Positions 36,392 through 44,939 of a stretch of DNA of 64,000 bases are shown piece after piece. This stretch comes from an uncultured Chloroflexia bacterium (GTDB lineage Bacteria; Chloroflexota; Limnocylindria; Limnocylindrales; CSP1-4). Both the position numbers and the translations under genes were made by a program. The stretch is taken from assembly GCA_963749705.1 (NCBI GenBank), contig CAVVNQ010000003.1, positions 160,001 through 224,000 on the forward strand, read 5' to 3'. The first letter of the stretch is position 1. Each line of letters opens with the position of its first letter. The notes below the pieces were generated by a model. That model worked only from the letters and a program-made list of their open reading frames with translations. It was not told where the DNA came from and ran no database searches.

Positions 36392-38752
36392 ATGGTGACC
36401 CGTCTCGTTGCGAGCCTCGGCGCGCTCGCCCAGCGTCTGCTGCTCGCCCTGACCCTGGGCGGCCTGCTGCTGGGCATCGGGCTCGCGCTGTCCAATCACG
36501 AGCAGCTGGCCCACGCTGCGTGGACGATCCCGGCGGCCGTTGTCGGGCTGTGGCTGGCCGGATCCATCCTGCGTGACCTGCTGCGCCGCGAGGCCGGCGT
36601 CGACGTCATCGCCGTGCTCGCCATCGGCGGCGCGATCCTGTTCGGTGAATCGCTCGCGGCCGCGGTGATCGGCGTGATGCTCGCCACGGGCGACTGGCTG
36701 GAGCGGTTCGCCGCCGGTCGTGCCCATCGCGAGCTGTCAGCGCTCGTGTCCCGCGCGCCGAGAACGGTCCACCGCCACGAAGGAGGCGAGATCACGGACC
36801 GGCCCATCGGCGACGTCGCGGTCGGAGACCGGATCCTGGTCAAGCCGGGCGAGGTCGTCCCCGTCGACGGGTCGGTGTCGGGCGAGACCGCCGTGCTCGA
36901 CGAATCCGCGCTCACCGGTGAGGCGCGGCTTGCCACGCGGGAATCGGGATCCGTCGTCAGCTCGGGCACGGTCAACGCGGGCGCGCCGTTCGACCTGGTC
37001 GCGATCGCGACCGCGGAACGCAGCACGTACGCGGGGATCGTGCGACTGGTCGAGGCGGCCCAGTCGTCGAAGGCGCCGTTCGTCCGCCTCGCCGACCGCT
37101 ACGCGCTGCTGTTCGTGCCCCTGACGCTGGGGATCGCCGGGTTCGCGTGGCTGGTGTCGGGAGACCCGGTGCGCGCCCTGGCCGTGCTCGTCGTGGCCAC
37201 GCCGTGTCCGCTGCTGCTGGCCGTGCCGATCGCGGTCGTCGCCGGGATCAGCCGGGCGGCGAAGCGCGGGATCATCGTGAAGGGTGGTGGCGCGCTCGAG
37301 ACGATCGCGCGGGCCCGGGTCCTCCTGTTCGACAAGACCGGCACCCTGACCGCCGGGCGGCCACACCTCGCCGACGTCGTCGCGGCGCCCGGGCGTACGC
37401 CGGATGAGATCCTGGGGCTGGCCGCGTCGCTGGAGCAGGTGTCGCCGCACGTCCTGGCCGCGTCCATCGTCAGTGGTGCCCGCGAGCGCGGCGTTGCGCT
37501 CCGGCTCCCCGAGCGAGTGATCGAGGTCCCGGGCCGCGGGATCAGCGGCATGATCGGCCGGACGGCGGTGGTCGTCGGCACGCTCGAGCTTACCGCCCCC
37601 GATGCGGCGCTCGCCCCGTGGGCGCGAGACGTCCGGCGCCGGGTGAGCCTCGAGGGGGCGACCAGCGTGTACGTTGCGGTGGACGGCGAGCTCCTCGGTG
37701 CGCTCGTGCTCGACGACCCGATCCGGCCCGAGACGCCGCGCGTGATCCGCTCGCTGCGGCGTGCCGGCGTGCGCCGGACCGTGATGGTGACCGGGGATCA
37801 CTACGGCGTCGCTGACATGGTGGCCGCGGCCATCGGCGTGGACGCCGTGCTCGCCGAACGGTCTCCGGCCGAGAAGGTTGACGCCGTCGCCGAGGAGCGA
37901 GCCGAGGCGAACGGCGTGCTGGTCATGGTCGGCGACGGGATCAACGACGCTCCGGCGCTCGCCGCCGCCGATGTCGGGGTTGCGATGGGGGCCCGGGGCG
38001 CGACGGCAAGCTCCGAGGCCGCCGACATCGTGATCACGGTGGACCGGCTGGACCGGCTTCCCGAGGCCATTCGCATCGCCCGCCGCTCACGGATGATCGC
38101 CGTCCAGAGCGTCGTGGTGGGCATGGGCATGTCGATCGTCGCGATGCTGGTCGCGACGACGGGCGCCCTGCCGCCGGTCGCGGGCGCGCTGCTCCAGGAG
38201 GCGATCGACGTGATCGTCATCGTCAACGCACTGCGGGCACTGACCGGCGGGCTCGAGCGCGTGCCGCAGATCCCGGGCTGGACGGAGCTCGGCTCGCGAC
38301 TCCACGCCGAGCACCGGGACCTCGCCCCGTCGATCGCGCGGATCCGGACGCTCGCGGACCGGCTGGGTTCGATGCCCGGGCTTGCGGCGCGCGAGGAGCT
38401 CGAGCAGCTCCGGGTGTTCCTGCTCGAGACGCTGGTGCCCCACGAGGAGCGCGAGGACCGGGACGTGTTCCCGCAGCTGGCGCTCGCGATCGGGAGCGAC
38501 GACGTCACGGCCGCGTTGCACCGGACCCACACCGAGATCTTCCACCTGGTCCGGTTCACCGACCGGCTCGTCCGCGAGGTATCCGACGAGGGTCCGGGCC
38601 CCGAGGACCTGACCGACCTCCGGCGGGTGCTCTACGGCCTCGATGCGATCCTGCGCCTGCACATGGCCCAGGAGGAGGAGCTGTACACGGCGCTGGGCGA
38701 CGAGCACCCGGCGGCCGCTCGGCCGCTCCCGCAGGGCGCGCCGGGGTCGTAG
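36392..38752 (+). CDS. P1B-5 heavy-metal P-type ATPase with C-terminal hemerythrin domain
   Basis: TGE, TPCPLLLA, DKTGTLT, GDGINDAP and QEAID. C-terminal H..HEERE..H..HMAQEE. Confidence 0.9.
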   Translation: MVTRLVASLGALAQRLLLALTLGGLLLGIGLALSNHEQLAHAAWTIPAAVVGLWLAGSILRDLLRREAGVDVIAVLAIGGAILFGESLAAAVIGVMLATGDWLERFAAGRAHRELSALVSRAPRTVHRHEGGEITDRPIGDVAVGDRILVKPGEVVPVDGSVSGETAVLDESALTGEARLATRESGSVVSSGTVNAGAPFDLVAIATAERSTYAGIVRLVEAAQSSKAPFVRLADRYALLFVPLTLGIAGFAWLVSGDPVRALAVLVVATPCPLLLAVPIAVVAGISRAAKRGIIVKGGGALETIARARVLLFDKTGTLTAGRPHLADVVAAPGRTPDEILGLAASLEQVSPHVLAASIVSGARERGVALRLPERVIEVPGRGISGMIGRTAVVVGTLELTAPDAALAPWARDVRRRVSLEGATSVYVAVDGELLGALVLDDPIRPETPRVIRSLRRAGVRRTVMVTGDHYGVADMVAAAIGVDAVLAERSPAEKVDAVAEERAEANGVLVMVGDGINDAPALAAADVGVAMGARGATASSEAADIVITVDRLDRLPEAIRIARRSRMIAVQSVVVGMGMSIVAMLVATTGALPPVAGALLQEAIDVIVIVNALRALTGGLERVPQIPGWTELGSRLHAEHRDLAPSIARIRTLADRLGSMPGLAAREELEQLRVFLLETLVPHEEREDRDVFPQLALAIGSDDVTAALHRTHTEIFHLVRFTDRLVREVSDEGPGPEDLTDLRRVLYGLDAILRLHMAQEEELYTALGDEHPAAARPLPQGAPGS

Positions 38753-38759
38753 CCGCGGG

Positions 38760-39776
38760 TCAGGCCGGGGCGCCACCCGCGGCGTCGCGGATCGCGCAGG
38801 TCAGGCGGTGGGTGCGCAGCGCGTCCTCGTAGGTGCTGAACAGGTGGGTCGGGTCTCCGGTCCGGATCGCCTCGATGAACGCGCGATCCTCGTCCCGGAA
38901 CGGGTCGTTGCCCGTCGGGACGTACCGCGTTGCGGTGACGCCCCGGACACGGCTGCCGGTGAACCCGTCGGTCGCCTGCACCGCCTTCGACAGGCCGTCC
39001 TCGTATGTCACACCCTGCTGGCGGATCGTGATCGCGAGGCCGTCGCAGAACAGGCGCAGCTCCTGGGCGCTGGTGCCGCCCAGGATGCAGGTCGCCGTGA
39101 ACACCCCCGTCTGGCCCGCGTCGTAGCGCAGCAGCGCCGCGCTCACATCCGCGACATCCATCCCGGGATGCTCGTCGTGCTCGTGCCGGTCGGCGGTCGC
39201 CGCGATCACCGACGCCTCGCCCAGCAGGCGCCTCGACAGGTCGACCAGGTGGGTGGCCTGCTCGACCATCTGGCCACCACCGGCCGCCTGGGTGCCCCAC
39301 CAGGCGACCTCCGGCATGGTGTCGTGCCACTGCCCCGTGACCATCCGCGCCGGGTTGGTGGCGAGGATCTGGTCGACCTCGCGCAGCGTGTCCATCGCGC
39401 GCCAGTGATACGCGACCCCGGCGATGACCCCCGCGTCGTCGATCGCCCGGGCGATCCGGACCGGCGTCTCGAGATCGGCTGCCAGCGGCTTCTCCGTGAA
39501 CAGGTGGATGCCCCGCTCCAGCAGCGCGAGCTCGAGCGCGCCGTGCCCGTTCGGGGGGACACACACCCACACCGCCTCGGGCCGCTCCTGGTCCAGCATC
39601 GCCTCGAGGCGATCGTATGGCCGGCCGCCGAATCGCTGTGCGGCGGGCCCGGCCTGCGCCAGCCGTCGGCCGACGACGCCGACCAGCTCCACGTCCGGCT
39701 CGGTGCTCAACACCTCGAGGTGTCGCTGGGCGATGAACCCGGGTCCCACGACGGCGACCCGCAGGCGATCAGTCAC
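38760..39776 (-). CDS. Gfo/Idh/MocA-family oxidoreductase
   Basis: VVGPGFIA, TEKP and GGGQMVEQATHLVD. Confidence 0.9.
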   Translation of the reverse strand: MTDRLRVAVVGPGFIAQRHLEVLSTEPDVELVGVVGRRLAQAGPAAQRFGGRPYDRLEAMLDQERPEAVWVCVPPNGHGALELALLERGIHLFTEKPLAADLETPVRIARAIDDAGVIAGVAYHWRAMDTLREVDQILATNPARMVTGQWHDTMPEVAWWGTQAAGGGQMVEQATHLVDLSRRLLGEASVIAATADRHEHDEHPGMDVADVSAALLRYDAGQTGVFTATCILGGTSAQELRLFCDGLAITIRQQGVTYEDGLSKAVQATDGFTGSRVRGVTATRYVPTGNDPFRDEDRAFIEAIRTGDPTHLFSTYEDALRTHRLTCAIRDAAGGAPA

Positions 39777-39978
39777 GTTCGACCTCCTCCGCTGCTGGGT
39801 CAGAGCCTACGGCGTGCGGGCGGGGCGGTGTGGGCGCACCGGCGCTCAGGACCGGTCCCGCGCTGCGGCAGGTCCCGCGCCGCCGACGGTCCCGCGCCGC
39901 CGCCGACGAGCGCGGCCGGGGTCCACGCCGGTGCGCGAGCGCCCGGCGCACCCGCGACCGAGGGCGCACCATCGGGTG

Positions 39979-40965
39979 ATGCGTGATCCGGCCGGCTCCC
40001 GACTCCAGCGCGGCGAGGCGTTCGCCGCGATCGCCGCCATGGGCTTTGGCTCCGCGTACGTCGCCACGGCGTTCGCGCTCCGATCGTTCTCCCCGATCAC
40101 CGTGGCGTTCTACCGCAGCGCGCTGGCGTTCCTGGCCCTGGTCATCCTGCTGTCGGTCCTCCGGTGGTCCCCGGGGATGCCGGCCCGCGCAGGCGGAGCC
40201 GGCCCGGCGTTGCCGGGCACCGGCCACCGCGTCGCGCGGCTGGTCCTGATCGCCGTGTTCGGCGGCCCGATCTTCCTCGCCTCGATGAACCTGGCGGTGT
40301 CGGGTGTCGGTGCCACGATCGCGTCCTTCGTGGCCGGGCTGTACGCCATCCTCGCCGCGACGCTGGCGCCGTTGCTGCTGCCCGAGCGACTCACTCGCAG
40401 GGTGCTCGCGGGGCTCCTGGTGGCGCTCGCGGGCACGGCCCTGCTCGCGGAGCTCGACCCCGCCTCCGCCGATCGTGCCGGTCTCGCGTGGGGGCTGCTG
40501 GCCGCCGTCTCGTTCGCGATGTACCTCCTGCTCGGCCGCCGCTGGTCGCGATCGAACGGGCTCGAGGGATCGACGATCGCGTTCGCGACGCTTGCGGTGA
40601 GCACGCTCGCGCTCGGCACGCTCGTCGTCGTCGGCGACCCGGCGTCGCTGGTCCCGGCGCGGCTGGAGCTCGCCTCGGCGGTGGCGATCGGGTGGCTTGC
40701 CGTGGTCGCCGTCGGCGGCCAGCTGCTCACGGTCGCGAGCGTCCGGCTTGTCCCCGCCGCACGGACCGCCTCGTTCCTCCTGCTCAACCCGATCACGGCC
40801 ACGATCCTTGCGGCGCTGCTCCTCGGTGAGCGACCGTCGCCGCCCCAGCTCCTGGGCGGTGGTCTGGTCCTGGCCGGGATCGCGGCGGCCACAGTGCCCC
40901 TGCCAGGCCGGTCCGGCCCGGGAGAGGTCATTCCGACCGATCAAGACGCGGATGGAGCCGCCTGA
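39979..40965 (+). CDS. EamA/DMT-family transporter
   Basis: About 10 TM segments; FSPITVAFYR and LLNPITATILAALLLGE. Confidence 0.88.
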   Translation: MRDPAGSRLQRGEAFAAIAAMGFGSAYVATAFALRSFSPITVAFYRSALAFLALVILLSVLRWSPGMPARAGGAGPALPGTGHRVARLVLIAVFGGPIFLASMNLAVSGVGATIASFVAGLYAILAATLAPLLLPERLTRRVLAGLLVALAGTALLAELDPASADRAGLAWGLLAAVSFAMYLLLGRRWSRSNGLEGSTIAFATLAVSTLALGTLVVVGDPASLVPARLELASAVAIGWLAVVAVGGQLLTVASVRLVPAARTASFLLLNPITATILAALLLGERPSPPQLLGGGLVLAGIAAATVPLPGRSGPGEVIPTDQDADGAA

Positions 40966-41119
40966 GGGACCGAGGACCCGGCCGATCGACCGGCCACACC
41001 GGGTGACCCGGCCCGCCCAGACCGGGCCATCGGGCGCTTGGCCCCGCTGCGCGCCGCGCGAGATCCTGCGCCAGCGGCCGACCCGCGCTCGTCGCCCACA
41101 TCCCCGCTCCGAGGATCAC

Positions 41120-41590
41120 ATGGACGCCACCCACCTCATCGCGCTCTGGCTCCACGCGCTGGCAATGGTCGTGGTGCTCGGGTACTACGGGATCCTGTCC
41201 CGGATCGTGCTCCCAACCCTCGCGCGCTCGCTCGAGCCTGCCGCCCTCGCCCGTGTCGTGCCGGCCATCGAGCGTCGCGCGCTGCCGATCCTGGTGGCCG
41301 GGATCGTCCTGTTCATCGTGACGGGCGTCTACCTCCTGGTCAGGGACGGGCGGTATGCGGGCGTGGGCTCGTTCGCGTCCACCTGGTCCACGCTGATGCT
41401 GATCAAGCACCTGGTCGTGGTGGCCATGGTCGTCCTGGGCATCGGGGTCGACCGGCTTGCCGCGGGGCTTGTCGCCACGAGCGACGCCGGGCGCGGGCGC
41501 ACCTTCGAGCTCCTGGTCCTGGCGATGGACGGGATGGCGGCCCTCGGGATCCTGGTGCTCCTGCTGACGGCGGCCGCGCAGCTCAGCTGA
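41120..41590 (+). CDS. Small 4-TM membrane protein (CopD-like)
   Basis: WLHALA, TGVY and LIKHL; GAGG upstream. Confidence 0.55.
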   Translation: MDATHLIALWLHALAMVVVLGYYGILSRIVLPTLARSLEPAALARVVPAIERRALPILVAGIVLFIVTGVYLLVRDGRYAGVGSFASTWSTLMLIKHLVVVAMVVLGIGVDRLAAGLVATSDAGRGRTFELLVLAMDGMAALGILVLLLTAAAQLS

Positions 41591-41670
41591 CGCCCTTGGC
41601 GGAACAGGGGGTTCGAGCCGTCGCCGCGCCGCAGTAAGGTTGGCCGACAGCTCGCGCCCGGAGGTTCAAG

Positions 41671-43434
41671 ATGTCGTCCCGCCAGCCGTCGTCCGCCGCC
41701 GTTGCCCGCCTGTTCCGCCGCCTCGGACGCGCGTCAGCCGTTGCAGCCCGTGACGGCGCCCCGTTTGACGAGGCGCTGGACCGTGTTCGGGCTGCCGAGA
41801 TCACCCAGCGCGCGGCCGAGCGGCAGCGCGCGGCCGACCTCGCGGACCTGGAGTCCGCGCTCGCCGCCGGGCGGATCAGCCGCCGCGCGTTCCTGCGGCA
41901 CGCGGTGGCGGCAGGCGCCGGAGCGGCCGCCCTGTCGGCCCTCGGACCGGCCGGGATGCTCGGGGGCCAGGCGGCTGCGGCAGCCTCGGGCTCCACGGCC
42001 CGGGTCATGATCATCGGTGGCGGTGCGGCGGGGATCCGCGCAGCCCACCTGCTGCGCAAGTTCGGCATCGCATCGTCGGTCTACGAGGCCTCCGGCCGGA
42101 TCGGTGGCCGGACGTACACCGACACGACCACGTGGCCCGGCGTCACCGTCGAGCACGGCGGCGAGTTCATCTCCACCGAGCACACCACGGTCCGCAACCT
42201 GATCCGAAACCTGGGGCTCCACCTCGAGGTGGTGGATGGCGGCGCGACGCCGACCGGCGACGAGCTGTACCTCGTCGACGGGTCGCTGTACACCGAGCCG
42301 CAGGCCACCGACGACTGGGCGGCAGGTGTCTGGAAGGCTTTCAAGGACGAGCTGCAGGCCGCGCCATGGCCGCAGACGTTCGACGCGTACACGCCGCGCG
42401 GCGCCGAGCTCGATGGCATGTCGGTCGTCGACTGGTTCGACCCGGCCAACCCGAAGGCCAATCCCGTCCTCGCCGGGCTCGGGCCGGGATCCCGGCTGGC
42501 TCGCCTGATGGCGACGGACACCGTGACTGAGTACGGCGCGGACCCCGGGCAGCAGCCCGCGCTCAACCTGCTGTACCTGCTCGCCTGGAACTCGAAGGGC
42601 TCGATCAGCCCGCTGCCGGGGACGGACGAGCTGTACCACGTCGTGGAAGGCAGCGGCGCGATCGTGGACCGGATGCTGGCGGACCTGCCGCCCGCGACGA
42701 TCCAGGTCGACCGGGCGCTGGTGGCGATCGAGGGGGCGTTCAATGGCCCGTACACCTGTCATTTCGACGACGGCAGCGCCGCCGTCGCAGATCACCTGGT
42801 GCTGACGATCCCGTTTGCCCTCCTGCGCGACGTCGCCATCGATCCCCGGATCAGCGATGGCTTCCGGCCCGCCAAGCACCGCGCGATCGCGGACAGCCCG
42901 ATGGGAACCAACGCCAAGATCCACATCGAGCTCGCGAACCGGACCTGGGGCCCGGGTCACGACCGGATGATCGACGGCCAGGCGTACGAAACGAACGGCA
43001 TCGGCTACTCCGACCCGGACAGCTTCCAGTGCATCTGGGACGCGCGACCCGGCGTGCCCGATGATCCGGGCATCCTGCTGTACTACCCGGGCGGTGCCCA
43101 GGGCGCCGACCTGCGCGGGAGCCAGGTGTTCGGCAACCCGAACCCGGCGGATGTCAGTCGCGTGCTGAGCCAGGTGGACGGCCTGTTCCCGGGCACGTCG
43201 GCGGCGTACACGGGTCGTGCGATCCAGTCACACTGGGCGGCCGAGCCATGGCACCGCGGCGCCTATTCCTACTGGGGCATCGGGCACTACACGGGCTTTG
43301 CCGGCGCCGAGGGCCTGCAGGAGGGCCGCATCCACTTCGCCGGCGAGGCGACCTCGCTCGAGTACCAGGGGTACATCAACGGTGCGGTCGAGACCGGTGA
43401 ACGCGTGGCGCGGGAGATCAAGTCCCAGGTCTAG
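41671..43434 (+). CDS. Flavin monoamine oxidase family protein with twin-arginine-like motif
   Basis: IIGGGAAG, EAS.RIGGR, EHGGEFI, RGAYS and FAGE..GYINGAVETG. SRRAFL near residue 70. Confidence 0.88.
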   Translation: MSSRQPSSAAVARLFRRLGRASAVAARDGAPFDEALDRVRAAEITQRAAERQRAADLADLESALAAGRISRRAFLRHAVAAGAGAAALSALGPAGMLGGQAAAAASGSTARVMIIGGGAAGIRAAHLLRKFGIASSVYEASGRIGGRTYTDTTTWPGVTVEHGGEFISTEHTTVRNLIRNLGLHLEVVDGGATPTGDELYLVDGSLYTEPQATDDWAAGVWKAFKDELQAAPWPQTFDAYTPRGAELDGMSVVDWFDPANPKANPVLAGLGPGSRLARLMATDTVTEYGADPGQQPALNLLYLLAWNSKGSISPLPGTDELYHVVEGSGAIVDRMLADLPPATIQVDRALVAIEGAFNGPYTCHFDDGSAAVADHLVLTIPFALLRDVAIDPRISDGFRPAKHRAIADSPMGTNAKIHIELANRTWGPGHDRMIDGQAYETNGIGYSDPDSFQCIWDARPGVPDDPGILLYYPGGAQGADLRGSQVFGNPNPADVSRVLSQVDGLFPGTSAAYTGRAIQSHWAAEPWHRGAYSYWGIGHYTGFAGAEGLQEGRIHFAGEATSLEYQGYINGAVETGERVAREIKSQV

Positions 43435-43500
43435 CCGGCACGGTCCGGCGGGCGCCCGTCGCGCCGATCGTTCGCCGCTGATCTGCCGAGCCCACGCCCG

Positions 43501-44829
43501 ATGACGGGGGTCGCCGCGTCCCGGCGCCGCGAGACCGCGTTCGCCCGCGTGTTCCGCCTGGCGGCGCCGATCATCGTGTCCAACGTCTCGGTGCCCCTGC
43601 TGGGAGCCGTCGACACCGCCGTCGTGGGCCACCTGCCGGATCCGGCCTACCTCGGCGGGGTTGCCGTCGGGTCGACGATCTTCAGCTTCCTGTACTGGGG
43701 CTTCGGCTTCCTGCGCATGGGCACGACCGGGTTCGTCGCCCAGGCGCGTGGATCGGGCGACGACGCCGAGGTTCGCGCCGTGCTGGGACGGGCGCTGATC
43801 ACGGCGGCGGCCCTGGGGCTGCTGCTGATCGCGCTCCAGTGGCCGATCCGCGCGGTGTCCCTGGGCCTGGTCGGCGCCAGTCCCGCGGTCGACGACAGCA
43901 CGGCCGCGTACGTCGCGGTGCGGATCTGGAGCGCGCCGGCGACGCTCGCCAACTACGCGCTGCTGGGCTGGCTGTTCGGCATGCAGCGGCCGAGGACGGC
44001 GCTGGTGCTGCTGGTGTTCACCAACGGTCTCAACATCGCGCTCGACCTGTGGTTCGTGGTCGGGCTCGGCTGGGGCGTCCCGGGCGTCGCCGGCGCGTCG
44101 GTGATCGCCGATTACGCCGCCACCGGGCTCGGCCTGTGGCTCATCCTGCGGACCCTGCCCGGCCGTGCCGGGTGGGAGCGGACGCGCCTGTTCGAGCGCG
44201 TGCGGCTGTTCGCCCTGCTCCGCGTGAACCGCGACATCTTCCTGCGCACGCTGTGCCTGGTGTTCGCCTTCGCCTGGTTCACCGTGCAGGGTGCGCGGCT
44301 GGGCGACCTCACCCTGGCGGCAAACGCGGTGCTGCTCAACCTCCAGTCGATCATGGCCTACGGCCTCGATGGGTTCGCGTTCGCCGCCGAGGCGCTCGTC
44401 GGCGGGGCCGTCGGCGCCCGAGATCGGCCGGGGTTCAGCGCCGCGACCCGTGCGGCCGCGCTGTGGAGCCTCGGCCTGGCCGCCGTGCTTGCGGTCCTGT
44501 ACGCCGCATTCGGCTCGGCCATCGTTGCGCTGTTCACCGATCTGCCCGATGTCCGCGCGACGGCCGCCATCTACCTGCCGTGGATGGTCGCCTCACCGCT
44601 GGTCTCGGTGTGGAGCTATGTGCTCGATGGCGTGTACGTCGGCGCCACGAGGACGACGGAGATGCGCAACGGGATGGCCATCGCCCTGGGCGTCTACCTG
44701 GTGGTCGCACAGCTGCTGGTCCCGGCCTGGGGCAATCACGGGTTGTGGCTGGCGTTCCTGGTCCTGATGCTGATGCGCGCCGCGACGCTGGGCGCCTGGC
44801 TGCCGCGGGTGCTGCGCAGCATCGGCTGA
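43501..44829 (+). CDS. dinF: MATE efflux transporter, DinF-like
   Basis: VPLLGAVDTAVVGHL, FGFLRMGTTG, DIFLRT and LDGFAFAAE. Confidence 0.88.
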   Translation: MTGVAASRRRETAFARVFRLAAPIIVSNVSVPLLGAVDTAVVGHLPDPAYLGGVAVGSTIFSFLYWGFGFLRMGTTGFVAQARGSGDDAEVRAVLGRALITAAALGLLLIALQWPIRAVSLGLVGASPAVDDSTAAYVAVRIWSAPATLANYALLGWLFGMQRPRTALVLLVFTNGLNIALDLWFVVGLGWGVPGVAGASVIADYAATGLGLWLILRTLPGRAGWERTRLFERVRLFALLRVNRDIFLRTLCLVFAFAWFTVQGARLGDLTLAANAVLLNLQSIMAYGLDGFAFAAEALVGGAVGARDRPGFSAATRAAALWSLGLAAVLAVLYAAFGSAIVALFTDLPDVRATAAIYLPWMVASPLVSVWSYVLDGVYVGATRTTEMRNGMAIALGVYLVVAQLLVPAWGNHGLWLAFLVLMLMRAATLGAWLPRVLRSIG

Positions 44830-44939
44830 CGACCCGCGGGGATACCGGCCCCGGCGGCATGCGATGCCGGCTCCGCCGCCGGCGGAAACCGGCCCCGCGG
44901 CGGCATGCGATGCCGACCCGCGTTGCGCGCGCTCGAGGC

